In this document: positions 10,359 through 22,921 of the stretch, piece by piece | How positions within the stretch are numbered: position 1 is the stretch's first letter | Layout of the letters: the number at the start of each line of letters is the position of its first letter | Source of the DNA: an uncultured Planctomycetaceae bacterium | GTDB lineage: Bacteria > Planctomycetota > Planctomycetia > Planctomycetales > Planctomycetaceae | DNA length: 64,000 nt | Direction of reading: 5' to 3' | NCBI GenBank assembly: GCA_963815195.1 | Contig: CAWFGE010000023.1 | Location: 160,001 to 224,000 of the forward strand | Notes under the pieces: model-generated | What the model was told of the DNA's origin: nothing | The model's database searches: none | Seen by the model: only the letters and a program-made list of their open reading frames with translations | Translations under genes and position numbers: made by a program

Positions 10359-10453
10359 GACCGCGTTAAGAGAGAACAAACGCAATCCGCACTCCATAAA
10401 TCCCGTCCGGTGCCGCACTTTCCGCCCATTTTGGGGGCGAATGGTGGTGTCGC

Positions 10454-10750
10454 ATGACCCATTCCGAGGATTCCCCGCAGCCTCATTCAAAGGGAGACCG
10501 GGGGCCGGAAAGCAATCCCCTCGCGTTTGCTTTCGGGTGGGTGGGTCGAATGACCACCGTTGTCCTGGAAATGATCCTGCCGGGGTTGGGCGGCCATTGG
10601 CTGGATGCCCGCTGGGAAACCCATTACTGGGCGCTCTTGGGGTTTGGGTTGGGTTTTGGGGTGGGACTGTTTCATTTGCTGCAAATGCTCAAGCAAAACG
10701 GACCTTCCCCTCCGCCAAGCGACAGTGAACAACCAACGAAAAATCCATAA
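10454..10750 (+). CDS. AtpZ/AtpI-family ATP synthase accessory protein (gene 1)
   Basis: Two-helix protein with LGGHWLDARW..LLGFGLG pattern at the head of the atp operon. Confidence 0.8.
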   Translation: MTHSEDSPQPHSKGDRGPESNPLAFAFGWVGRMTTVVLEMILPGLGGHWLDARWETHYWALLGFGLGFGVGLFHLLQMLKQNGPSPPPSDSEQPTKNP

Positions 10751-10771
10751 CCCATCGACCCCCTTTTCTCA

Positions 10772-11269
10772 TTGGTGCCGACTGTGTCTTCCCCGACTCC
10801 TTCCCGACAACCGAGTGTCCTGGCCGAATTGGCGTCGGCCGGCACGTGGTTGACGTTGGCGGTCGCATTGGCGCTTCCGGCCACGTTGTGGTGGGGGAAC
10901 AACGCTGCGGGCGGGTTGGGGATGACGGCGTCCGCTGTGGCCGCGGGCCTGTGCTGGGCCGCCGCGGTGGTCGCCTTGGTGGTGCGGACCCGGTTCCCGA
11001 AGCCCCAAGAAGTTGTCGTGGGCACGTTGGGCGCGATGCTGGCAAGAATGGTCATTGTGATGGGCGGAGCAATCGTGATCGCCTCCGCCTCTCCATCTTT
11101 GGTGAAAGCCGCGTTCTGGGGCCAGGTGATTATTTACTTCGTGTTCACTCTGGGCGTGGAAACCGTATTGGCGGTTCGCTGGCTCAATGCCCGGCAAGAG
11201 GCCGGCGATTTCCCGGGCCATGAAGATGAGAATTCGGCAGCCCCGCAAAACGGCGCGAAGGTGGTTTGA
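10772..11269 (+). CDS. AtpI-like four-helix membrane protein
   Basis: Four hydrophobic segments, directly upstream of atpB. Confidence 0.6.
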   Translation: MVPTVSSPTPSRQPSVLAELASAGTWLTLAVALALPATLWWGNNAAGGLGMTASAVAAGLCWAAAVVALVVRTRFPKPQEVVVGTLGAMLARMVIVMGGAIVIASASPSLVKAAFWGQVIIYFVFTLGVETVLAVRWLNARQEAGDFPGHEDENSAAPQNGAKVV

Positions 11270-11272
11270 CGC

Positions 11273-12252
11273 ATGGCAAGCGATATTCTCCACATCAAAG
11301 ATTCCTACTACTTCGAGGTGCCCAAGGCTCTCTGGAAGCCGCACTACGAATCGTTGGAGGATGTGCCCTACTTCTTGCGGAACCTGCACCACGACGATTT
11401 CCATCTCGAGGGCAAGGACTACACCGAAGCCAGCCCCGAAGACACCGAACACGCCCTCCACGAGTTCAACACGCAGATGGCGGGGAAGGTTTTGATTCCC
11501 CAACCCTTCGGCACGCGAAAGTCCCTCTATGAAAAGCAGTCGGGCTTTTTGATCTCGAAGTTCATGATTCTGGAACTGATCGTCGCGGTCCTGCTTTGTG
11601 TCATCTTCAATTGGATGAAAAAGAAGATGCTCACCGAGCATCCCACGAAGGGCCGGCTCGCGAATCTGTTCGAAGCCTTTTTGCACTACATCCGCGACGA
11701 GATCGCCAAGAAAGCCATCGGCCACGATGCGGACAAGTTCGTGCCGTTGTTGTGGACCGTGTTCTTCTTTATCCTGGGCTGCAACCTGTTGGGGCTAGTG
11801 CCCTGGATGGGAACGGCCACGGGGGCTTGGGAACGACATTGGCATTGGCGTTCTCGATGCTGTTGGCCACCTTCTTTGCAGGATTCCGTGCGTTCGGTCC
11901 CAAGTGGCTGTGGACAGGATTCGTGCCGCACATGGATTTGCCGATCTTGCTTCAGCCGCTCAAATTGATGATTTATGCGATTGAAGTCCTGGGCATGTTT
12001 ATTAAGCATACGGTGCTGGCGATTCGCCTGCTCGCGAACATGGCGGCGGGGCACCTGGTGCTGTTGGCGATTTTGGGGATGGTGATTGCGGCCGCGGAAA
12101 ATACGGAATCCAATTATCCCATGACCGCGACCATCGCGATCATTGGTGCCACGTTGTTAACTGTTCTGGAACTTGGCGTGGCATTTTTACAAGCCTATGT
12201 CTTCACATTACTGGCGGCTCTGTTTATCGGGTCGGCGGTACATGAGCATTAG
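11273..12252 (+). CDS. atpB: F0 ATP synthase subunit a (frameshift near 11830, probable sequencing error)
   Basis: ORFs 11273-11968 and 11596-12252 join: FFFILGCNLLGLVP, LAIRLLANMAAGH, LQAYVFTLL. Confidence 0.93.
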
Positions 12253-12302
12253 AAACCTTTATCGACCTTTCACAATTGAGTCAGCAAGAGGAGAAACGAT
12301 CC

Positions 12303-12614
12303 GTGGACAAGTTTTTGCGTATTGCCCCCATCACATTCGCCGTACTGTTAATGGCTGCCCCCGCGTTCGCCCAAACCGGCACCGCGGGCACCTCGATTTC
12401 ATTTACCGGAGCCTTCGGAGCCGGCTTGGTCGTGATTGGAGCGGCGATGGGGATTGGACGGCTTGCCAGTGCCGCGCTGGAAAGCATGGCCCGCCAACCG
12501 AGCATCTCCGGTTCGGCCACGACAGCAATGATCATCGCGGCCGCTCTGATTGAAGGCTTCACGTTCTACGCCCTGTATATCTGCAGCACCCAAAACCAGT
12601 TCCCCGTCCAGTAA
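12303..12614 (+). CDS. atpE: F0 ATP synthase subunit c
   Basis: GAGLVVIGAAMGIG, ARQP loop, ALIEG; GTG start after AGGAG. Confidence 0.95.
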   Translation: MDKFLRIAPITFAVLLMAAPAFAQTGTAGTSISFTGAFGAGLVVIGAAMGIGRLASAALESMARQPSISGSATTAMIIAAALIEGFTFYALYICSTQNQFPVQ

Positions 12615-12679
12615 TCAATTCGGTATCGCGGGCATCCGAATTTGGATTCTGTGGTTTTTCCAATCGTTGGGAGTCTGTC

Positions 12680-13306
12680 GTGACTGTGCGCTTCAAATCC
12701 GTTTTTATCACCATTGCCATTTGGTTCAGTTTCTTTTCTGCCTCGACGATTTTCGCGGCAGAGACGGGCCATGGCGTGCACGTGGGAACGGATGAGAATA
12801 CAAGCACCGACTTGTCGGATTTCCAAACCGACCTGGCGATCTACACGTTCGTGGTGTTCATCCTGTTGGTGTTGGTGCTCTGGAAATGGGCGTTCGGGCC
12901 GATTTCCCAGGCGCTGCATGACCGGGAGGATAAGATCCGCAAGGACATCGAAGATGCGAGGACCGAGCGGCTAAAGGCTGAGGAGCTTCGCGGCCATTAT
13001 GAAGGACTCTTAGAAGCGGCGGAGGACAAAGTCCGCCAGATCTACACCGAAGCCAACGCCAAGGCGGAAGAGATGCGGACGAAACGGATGGCCGAGGCCG
13101 ACCAGGAAGCCCAGGCCCGCATCGACAAAGCCATCAGGGAAATCGAACGGGCCAAGGACCAGGCCATCGCCGAGTTATTCGAGATGGAGAACCAGCGGAT
13201 CGTCGAAGCCACCGAACATGTGTTGGGGCGGACGCTGTCCGAAGAGGACCAGAACCGGTTGGTGAACGAAGCCTTGGCGAATTTCTCCAACGGCCACGCG
13301 GGCTAA
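12680..13306 (+). CDS. atpF: F0 ATP synthase subunit b
   Basis: TM helix FVVFILLVLVLWKWAFGPI..L..RE..I followed by charged coiled coil. Confidence 0.92.
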   Translation: MTVRFKSVFITIAIWFSFFSASTIFAAETGHGVHVGTDENTSTDLSDFQTDLAIYTFVVFILLVLVLWKWAFGPISQALHDREDKIRKDIEDARTERLKAEELRGHYEGLLEAAEDKVRQIYTEANAKAEEMRTKRMAEADQEAQARIDKAIREIERAKDQAIAELFEMENQRIVEATEHVLGRTLSEEDQNRLVNEALANFSNGHAG

Positions 13307-13330
13307 GCGTCGGCCAGGATTTTTATAATA

Positions 13331-13379
13331 CCCAAGCCGACGCCTTGGCGTCGGTCCGCCGGCAAGCCGGCGGCTTGGG
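13331..13379. repeat. Double-hairpin palindromic element between atpF and atpH
   Basis: CCGACGCC-TT-GGCGTCGG and CCGCCGGC-AA-GCCGGCGG, with alternative outer stem CCCAAGCCG/CGGCTTGGG. Confidence 0.75.
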
Positions 13380-13391
13380 AGAACGAGGAAC

Positions 13392-14039
13392 ATGCCCGAT
13401 CCAGAACGACCCAAAACCCGCGTGACGAGCGTGTTGGACGATCCCGGCGCGCAGGCGATCGCGAACGTCTATGCCGAGTCCTTTCTCACCGCCGCGGAGC
13501 AAACGGGCGTGGCAGGCGGCATGGACGGGGCGCTCGAAGAGTTCACCTCGTTTATGGATGATGTGCTCAACGCCCATCCCCAATTCCGCGACGTGCTCGT
13601 CTCCGACCAGGTCAAACGGGACGACAAGTTGGGGATCATTGACCGGGTGATCGCCCCTTCCGGGTCGCCGTTTTTCATCAATTTCCTCAAAGTGCTTGCG
13701 AAGCACGACCGCATGGATTTGCTGCCGGTGATCCTCCAGCAAACCTGGCGGAAATTTGAAGTCCGCTCCGGCCGGCGTCCTGTCGAGGTCACGAGCGCGA
13801 AACCCTTGTCGGAAGATTCGCTCAACGAGGTCCGCCAGAAACTCCAGGCGTCCTTGCCCTTTGAGCCGATTTTGCATTCCCACGTGGATCCCGCTTTGTT
13901 GGGCGGACTCGTGATTCAGATTGGTGACACCGTTTACGATACGTCGCTCAGGACCCGCATGAACCAACTGCGGGACAAGCTGCGGCGAAGGAGCCTCAAT
14001 GAAATTCAACGCCAGCGAGATCGGTTCGTTACTGGTTGA
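13392..14039 (+). CDS. atpH: F1 ATP synthase subunit delta
   Basis: [41 protein letters not shown]. Confidence 0.93.
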   Translation: MPDPERPKTRVTSVLDDPGAQAIANVYAESFLTAAEQTGVAGGMDGALEEFTSFMDDVLNAHPQFRDVLVSDQVKRDDKLGIIDRVIAPSGSPFFINFLKVLAKHDRMDLLPVILQQTWRKFEVRSGRRPVEVTSAKPLSEDSLNEVRQKLQASLPFEPILHSHVDPALLGGLVIQIGDTVYDTSLRTRMNQLRDKLRRRSLNEIQRQRDRFVTG

Positions 14040-15533
14040 GGAAATCGCGAATTTCCACGGCCAGGTCGAAACCCGCGAAGTCGGCAAAGTTTTGGAAGTG
14101 GGCGACGGCATCGCCCGCGTGCACGGCCTGTCCTCCGCGATGTCGGGGGAAATGGTCGAGTTCCCCGGCGGCGTCCGCGGGCAGGTGTTCAACCTCGAAG
14201 AAAACTCGGTCGGGATCATCATCCTCGGCGATTACAAAAAAATCCAAGAGGGCGATGAAGTCCGCGCAACGGGAGCGCTGCTTTCCGTCCCCGTGGGCGA
14301 TGCCCTCATCGGCCGCGTGGTCGATCCGTTGGGCAATCCCTTGGATGGAGCCGGCCCCATCGCCGCCACCGAAACCCGCCCTCTGGAAACCGCCGCCCCC
14401 GGCGTCGCAGGCCGGCAACCGGTCAAGCAACCGCTGCAAACCGGGATCAAAGCCATCGACGCGATGATCCCCATCGGCCGCGGCCAGCGGGAGTTGATCA
14501 TCGGCGACCGCAAGACGGGCAAAACCGCGATCGCGTTGGATACCATCATCAACCAAAAAGGCCAGGACGTCGTTTGCATCTACGTGGGCAGCGGCCAGCG
14601 GGCGGCCAACATCGCCAGCGTGGTGGAAACTCTCCGCCAGCATGGCGCGATGGATTATACCATCGTCGTGGCCGCCGGCGCCAGCGACCCGGCACCGCTG
14701 CAGTACATCGCCCCCTATGCCGGGGCCGCGATGGCCGAGCACTTCATGTATCAAGGCAAACATACCCTGGTCGTTTACGACGATCTGTCCAAGCAGGCCC
14801 AGGCTTATCGGCAGTTGTCCCTGTTGATGCGGCGGCCGCCGGGCGCGAAGCCTATCCGGGCGACGTGTTCTACTGCCACAGCCGGCTCTTGGAGCGCTCG
14901 GCCAAGCTGAGCGATGAACTCGGCGGCGGCTCGATGACGGCCCTGCCCATCATCGAAACGCTGGAAGGCGAAGTCTCCGCCTACATCCCCACCAACGTGA
15001 TTTCCATCACCGACGGGCAGATTTACCTGGAGCCGGATTTGTTCTTCGCCGGCGTCCGCCCCGCCGTGAACGTGGGGATTAGCGTGTCCCGCGTGGGAGG
15101 CAACGCCCAAACCAAGGCCATGAAGAAAATCGCCGGCAGCTTGCGGCTGGACCTCGCGGCCTTCCGGGCTTTGGAAGCCTTCGCCCAGTTGGGCACGGAG
15201 CTCGACAAAGAAACTCAGGGCCAGTTGGACCGGGGTTATTTGATGGTGGAACTGCTCAAGCAGCCGCAGTACCGGCCGATGCACGTGGCCGATCAGGTCA
15301 TCAGCATCTACGCCGGGACCAAAGGCTATTTGGACGGCACGCCGGCCCCCCACGTGGCCGGCGTGGAAAAACGTCTGCACGAGTATTTCCGCACCGAGAA
15401 ATCCGCCGTGCGGGACAAGCTCGTGGACAAGCCCGAACTCACCGACGAAGTCGTGAAGGAATTGGAAGCCGCCCTCGGCGAGTTCAAGAAACGTTTGCAA
15501 AGAGAACGAGAATCCGCCGCCGCGAAACCGTAA
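13999..15533 (+). CDS. atpA: F1 ATP synthase subunit alpha (frameshift near 14843)
   Basis: [39 protein letters not shown] split over two frames, [14 protein letters not shown]. Confidence 0.97.
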
Positions 15534-15536
15534 CCA

Positions 15537-15725
15537 GGCGAGCGGGGGGCGTAAGCCCCCTGGTTACTCCGTTTACGAGATGACACTGACATTTATCAGT
15601 TGGCACGGACTACAAAGACCAGAGGATCCCAAAAACCGGGGCTAGCGCCCTGCGGCTAATTTTTTAATCAGAGAGCGAACTCAAGCAGTCGAAGGTCACC
15701 GGCCCGCTGACGCAGGCCGCTCGCC
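15537..15725. repeat. Cluster of three REP-like hairpins (REPIN-like) between atpA and atpG
   Basis: GGCGAGCGGGGGGCGTAAGCCCCCTGGTT (15537-15565, +); ACCGGGGCTAGCGCCCTGCGGCTAA (15635-15659, -); ACCGGCCCGCTGACGCAGGCCGCTCGCC (15698-15725, -). Confidence 0.8.
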
Positions 15726-15755
15726 GGAACAAACATCGGGGAAACGTAATTCGTC

Positions 15756-18197
<2,442 letters not shown>

Positions 18198-18202
18198 CGT
18201 TT

Positions 18203-18245
18203 TGTCCCCTCTCCCCTTGGGGGGAGAGGGCTAGGGTGAGGGGCT
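18203..18245. repeat. Palindromic extragenic repeat (CCCTCTCCC...GGGAGAGGG-TAGGGTGAGGGG type) after atpD
   Basis: CCCTCTCCCC-TTGG-GGGGAGAGGG followed by CTAGGGTGAGGGG. Confidence 0.75.
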
Positions 18246-18282
18246 CTTTCACAATCCAAACGGCCGAGAGATCAACGAAACG

Positions 18283-18685
18283 ATGCCCGAACAATTGCGA
18301 TTAGTCGTGGTCACGCCGGAGAAGCCGCTCTTGGATGAGCCGGTCAGTTCGCTCCGCTTCCCCTTGTACGATGGGCAAATTGGCATCCTGCCGCAGCGGG
18401 CTCCGCTTGGTGGGCCGGCTGGGCTACGGCGAACTCGTCGTCACCACGCCCCAAGGCGAGCGGTCGTATTACATCGACGGCGGGTTCGTGCAGATCACCG
18501 GCTCGGTGGTGTCGCTGTTGACGCACCGCGCAATCCCGGCGAGCCAGGTGGACGTGAAAGAAGCGGAGGCCCTGCTCGAAAAGTCCAAAGACATGCCCAC
18601 GCTCACGGAGACCGAATACGACATGAAGCTCCGCGAGCAAGAGCGCGCCCGCCGGATGATGGACGTCGCCAAGATCGCCCGTTGA
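18283..18685 (+). CDS. atpC: F1 ATP synthase subunit epsilon (frameshift near 18405)
   Basis: LVVVTPEK, GQIGILPQRAP/LVGRLGYGEL, IDGGFVQI. Confidence 0.93.
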
Positions 18686-18708
18686 GCGGCTGGGCGCTAG
18701 CCGCCGGT
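18683..18708 (+). repeat. REP-like element overlapping the atpC stop codon
   Basis: TGAGCGGCTGGGCGCTAGCCGCCGGT, near-identical to the core of the 38-bp unit at 1931-2113. Confidence 0.8.
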
Positions 18709-18790
18709 CCATATTTTGAGGAATCTCCTGTAGACCCGGCGGCGATTCACTTTGTGATCCTGCGGGGAGTTGCGTTAAACTACGCATAGC

Positions 18791-19705
18791 ATGCCGCACG
18801 ACCACGACCATCATCACCATCACGCTCCGGAAAGCTTCAATCTCGCGTTTGCCGGCGGAATTCTGCTCAACGTCATCTATATCCTCTTGGAAGTGGGCAT
18901 CGGGCTGGTTGTCGATTCGCTGGCCCTTCTCGCGGATGCCGGGCATAACTTGAGCGATGTCCTGGGCCTGCTCTTGGCGTGGGGTGGGAGTTATCTTTCG
19001 ACGCTCAGGCCGCGGGGCCGGTACACTTATGGGTTTCGCAGTTCCTCCATCATGGCGGCCTTCATCAATGCGTTGATCCTCCTGGTCGCGACCGGTGGGA
19101 TTCTTTTGGAAGCTGTCCGGCGGTTTCAGGAACCCGTGGCGGTCAAGGGGCAGACCGTCATGTGGGTCGCGGGGGTGGGCGTGGCGATCAACGCCCTCAC
19201 CGCGTTCTTATTCATGCGGGGCAGCCGGGGCGATCTCAACGTCCGCGGGGCGTTTTTGCACATGGCCGCCGATGCGGGGGTTTCCTTGGGCGTCGTGGTT
19301 GCGGGCTTGGGGATTTGGCTCACTGGCAGAAATTGGATCGATCCCGCGATCAGCATCCTCGTGGCCGTGGTGATCTTCGTCGGCACCTGGGGCCTCTTGC
19401 GCGAATCGATCAACCTCACGCTGCAAGCCGTTCCCAAGGGGATCAATCTCGAAAAAGTGCATCACTACCTCGAAAACCTGCCCGGCGTGGAGAGCGTGCA
19501 TGATCTGCACATCTGGCCGATGAGCACGTCGGAAACGGCCCTCACCGCGCACCTCGTCCGCCCGCAGGAGGCAAACCACGATGAGTTCCTGGCGAACGTC
19601 ACGAAGGAACTGCAAGAGAAGTTCGGCATCGGCCACGTGACGATCCAAATGGAACGAAGCGAATGGGCCGACCCCTGCAAACAAGCCGATCCGCGAAACG
19701 TCTGA
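18791..19705 (+). CDS. czcD: Cation diffusion facilitator (CzcD/ZitB-like Zn/Co/Cd transporter)
   Basis: His-rich N-terminus, SLALLADAGHNLSD, NVRGAFLHMAAD, VHDLHIW, HVTIQ. Confidence 0.92.
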   Translation: MPHDHDHHHHHAPESFNLAFAGGILLNVIYILLEVGIGLVVDSLALLADAGHNLSDVLGLLLAWGGSYLSTLRPRGRYTYGFRSSSIMAAFINALILLVATGGILLEAVRRFQEPVAVKGQTVMWVAGVGVAINALTAFLFMRGSRGDLNVRGAFLHMAADAGVSLGVVVAGLGIWLTGRNWIDPAISILVAVVIFVGTWGLLRESINLTLQAVPKGINLEKVHHYLENLPGVESVHDLHIWPMSTSETALTAHLVRPQEANHDEFLANVTKELQEKFGIGHVTIQMERSEWADPCKQADPRNV

Positions 19706-19707
19706 GC

Positions 19708-21417
19708 CTACTTCTTCGGTTGGTACGTGATCCACGCGTGCTGGGCTTTTTGTGAAGCGGTGCTCGTCGGCGTGCCGGCGGTTTTTTCGATCTCGCCGGC
19801 TTTCCCCACGATCCACACCGGGCCGTGGATCGGCTCATCGCTTTTCGCGGTGATTGTGAGCTTCAGGCTTTCCGAGTTCTGGTTTCCGGATCGGCCGCGC
19901 CGTCCCCGCCGGCCTCGGCTTTGCGATTCGCCGCCGGGCTTCGCCTCGCTGGTTTCGACCGCAAAGCTTTCCGGCAGTCCGCGAACCGCGACGTCGATCT
20001 CCCCGTCAAACCCGTTAACGCGCGCGATCGTCACCGGGATTTCCAAGGGCTTGTCTTTGGTCAACGTAAAAACATCCCCGGAGAGCGAAACTTGGAATGT
20101 CGCCTTCGGTTTTTCGACCGTGAGCAGATACGCATAATCCCAGCCGCCGTGCTGATAGCGGTCCGTCACCTGGATTTCATACGTCCCATCGGCGGGAACT
20201 TTCCAGGTCGTTTCCGCATCGGCCGCATTGCGGGATTTGTCGTCCATGGCTTGAAGCGATTTCCCCTGGGCATCCCGGATTTCCAACACGGGATCGAGCG
20301 GAAAACCCAGCTCGGCGGATTCCACTTTCACGATCAGCGTCTCATCTTTCTTCGCGGCGATCTGGAAGCGGTCGATCTCATCGGCTTTTTCAATGTGCCC
20401 CGTGAGCGAAAACGGCGGCACGAGCGACGGGGAACCGGCCTTGGCGTCGGCTTCGATCAAACTCGGATGAGCGACGGCCCGAACCTCAAGCGGCACCGCG
20501 GCGGGGATTTTGAGGGTTTCAAGAATCGGTTCCGAGCTTTTGAGATTTAGCGTTTGATCCTCCGCGGGCAGGTTCCAGCCCATGAGGCTCAGCGAAGCCG
20601 GTTTGTCGGCTCCGACGGCCAGCGGAACGGTGTGGTGGAGATAGGGGCCGGTGGTCAACGTCAGCCGATAGAGATAATCGTTGCCGCCGGCGTAGCGGAT
20701 CGAACTATTCGGCGTTTCCGGGAAGGCGAAAATCCGCACGTAGTAATCGCCAGCCTCCGGGGCAGTAAAAACCAGCCGCGGATCGAGCCCCGGCGAATCA
20801 TCGGCCTGGGCCAACAGAAACCCCTCGGCCGAGGCGATCTGTAGTACGGCATCCATCGGCGACTTTAACACTTGATGGGCCAGCACGTCGGCCACGAGAG
20901 TCTCACCCTTTTTCAGCGAGACTTTGAAGGTGTCGAGTTCCCCGGACTTGTGCAGTTTGCCGTTGATGACGCTGCCCGCCGCGTCCACCGTTTGGGCGGC
21001 GGTCAGGGTCTCGTTCGGCTCGTTCTCCAAAACTTCCGGCAACCGCCCTAGGGCAAACGGCCGCAGCGCCGAGGCGCCCTCCGCATTCCAAACCCGCAGC
21101 CAACAAACCCCCGGCACCGCATCGGCCGCGATCGCGACCTTCAACTTCTTGCCATCCTTCGTCGCCTCGGCGGTGACATCGTCCCGGTCCGTCCACACCT
21201 GAACCGGATCGCTCCCCAGCTTCCCCGCGACTTCGACTTCGATCGTCTGGCCAATCTGCCCGCCCGCCGGATAAAGCCCCGAAACCTCCGGCTTCGCCGC
21301 TTGAAGAAAAACAGGAGAAGCACCGAACATGAACCAGAGCGCGGCCTGCAACACGGCGCGCATCGGAGCGGGAAAGACAAATCCGTCGGAACGCCAAAGG
21401 TTACAGGCTGTTTTCAT
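19708..21417 (-). CDS. Secreted PPC (pre-peptidase C-terminal) domain protein, planctomycete type
   Basis: Signal-like N-terminus, LYPAGGQIG, ENEPNE, two PPC-like repeats (DAVLQI..DDSPGLDPRL; DPVLEI..DD). Confidence 0.8.
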   Translation of the reverse strand: MKTACNLWRSDGFVFPAPMRAVLQAALWFMFGASPVFLQAAKPEVSGLYPAGGQIGQTIEVEVAGKLGSDPVQVWTDRDDVTAEATKDGKKLKVAIAADAVPGVCWLRVWNAEGASALRPFALGRLPEVLENEPNETLTAAQTVDAAGSVINGKLHKSGELDTFKVSLKKGETLVADVLAHQVLKSPMDAVLQIASAEGFLLAQADDSPGLDPRLVFTAPEAGDYYVRIFAFPETPNSSIRYAGGNDYLYRLTLTTGPYLHHTVPLAVGADKPASLSLMGWNLPAEDQTLNLKSSEPILETLKIPAAVPLEVRAVAHPSLIEADAKAGSPSLVPPFSLTGHIEKADEIDRFQIAAKKDETLIVKVESAELGFPLDPVLEIRDAQGKSLQAMDDKSRNAADAETTWKVPADGTYEIQVTDRYQHGGWDYAYLLTVEKPKATFQVSLSGDVFTLTKDKPLEIPVTIARVNGFDGEIDVAVRGLPESFAVETSEAKPGGESQSRGRRGRRGRSGNQNSESLKLTITAKSDEPIHGPVWIVGKAGEIEKTAGTPTSTASQKAQHAWITYQPKK

Positions 21418-21534
21418 TGGGGGGCTGCAAGAAAAAGAAATCCATTCGAACAGGTCTGAGGCATCCGCCGAATTTCGGATGCCTTTTTTTCGTGTCTTTC
21501 GTGTGTTTTGTGGTTCAAGTCCGACCGCTGCGGA

Positions 21535-22863
21535 TCAGCAGATTTCCGTGATGGGCGTGGGGTCGCTGACGAGGTGCACGGGGCGGCCTTGGGGGGTGTA
21601 AAGCACCTGGTCGGGGTTGATGCCCAGCTTGCGGTAGATGGTGGAGGCGAAGTTTTCGGGGCTTTTGACGTTGTCCACGGCCGAGTACCCGCCGCGGTCG
21701 GTGGCCCCGACGATCGTGCCGCCCGGAATGCCCGCCCCGGCCATCAACACGGACATGGCGTTCGACCAGTGGTCCCGGCCGCCGCGGTCGTTGACCTTGG
21801 GCGTCCGCCCGAACTCGCCGAGCACAACGACGAGCGTGGAGTCCAACAGCCCGCGGTCTTTGAGGTCGGTGATGAGAGCCGCGACGGTCTGGTCGAAGCT
21901 CGGCAGGCGTTTTTTGAGGGAACTGAAGATGTCGGTGTGATGATCCCAGCCGCCTTCGTAGAGCGTGATAAAGGGCACCCCGGCTTCCACGAGCCGGCGG
22001 GCCAACAGGGCCCGCTGCCCGAAGGAATTGCGGCCGTACTTCTCGCGGAGGGCGTCCTCTTCGCTGTGGATGTCGAACGCTTTCTGGGCTTCTTTGGAGT
22101 TGATGAGGCTGTAGCCCTGCTTGTAATAATCATCGAGGGCCAGCACCGGATCGCCCGCGGCGGGGTTTTCGATCCGCTCCAAATGATCGACCAATTTGCG
22201 GAGGTCGGTGCGATTCTCGAAGCGGCCGGCGGTGACTTTTTCCGGCAAAGCGACATCGCGGACGCGGAAGTGGCTGCTATTGGGATCGTCCGGCACCACG
22301 AATGGAGCGTACTTGGCTCCCAAAAAGTTCGGACCGCCCGAACGGGACATGCGGGGGATGGAAAAATATGCGGGCAAGCCGCCCGTGGTGCCCCGCGCCC
22401 AAGCGGTGGCCGATCCCAGGCTGGGATGAAAGCTCACGAAGGCCCCGCAGCCGACGGGAATCCGCGGCGGCGCACCGGTCATCATGTAGTGGTTCCCCGC
22501 CCCGTGATTGCCCTGATCGTGCCGGATCGAGCGCACGATGGAGATTTCGTTCGCCATGCCGGCAAGCTGTGTGAGATGCTCGGAAAACTGCACGCCGGGG
22601 ATGCTGGTTTTGATGGGAGCGAACTCGCCGCGAATTTCCTTGGGGGCTTCGGGCTTGGGGTCGAAGGTTTCGTAATGCGTCGGCCCGCCGTCGAGCCACA
22701 CCAGAATGCAGCTTTGGGCTTGGGCTTTCTGAGGCGATTGCGACTCCGCAGCCCGCCCGCGCAGCCGGAGCAAATCAACCAAGCTGCCGCCCAACACCGT
22801 ACCCAAACCGAGCTTCAGACAATCGCGGCGAGTAGCGCCTTCACAGTTCTTGTATTGCGGCAT
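21535..22863 (-). CDS. DUF1501 family protein (Tat-exported)
   Basis: TRRDCLK Tat motif, WLDGGPTHYETFDPKP, LLARRLVEAGV, GWDHH, GEFGRTP, GRDHW. Confidence 0.92.
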   Translation of the reverse strand: MPQYKNCEGATRRDCLKLGLGTVLGGSLVDLLRLRGRAAESQSPQKAQAQSCILVWLDGGPTHYETFDPKPEAPKEIRGEFAPIKTSIPGVQFSEHLTQLAGMANEISIVRSIRHDQGNHGAGNHYMMTGAPPRIPVGCGAFVSFHPSLGSATAWARGTTGGLPAYFSIPRMSRSGGPNFLGAKYAPFVVPDDPNSSHFRVRDVALPEKVTAGRFENRTDLRKLVDHLERIENPAAGDPVLALDDYYKQGYSLINSKEAQKAFDIHSEEDALREKYGRNSFGQRALLARRLVEAGVPFITLYEGGWDHHTDIFSSLKKRLPSFDQTVAALITDLKDRGLLDSTLVVVLGEFGRTPKVNDRGGRDHWSNAMSVLMAGAGIPGGTIVGATDRGGYSAVDNVKSPENFASTIYRKLGINPDQVLYTPQGRPVHLVSDPTPITEIC

Positions 22864-22921
22864 GGCGGGATCCTTTGGTTGGCGGGAGGATTGTTGGAGG
22901 GCGGGGGGAAGTTTTGTTTTA

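Noticed and set aside
13999..14039. 41-nt atpH/atpA overlap as a novelty
   Set aside because: Both frames look normal; most simply ordinary translational coupling.
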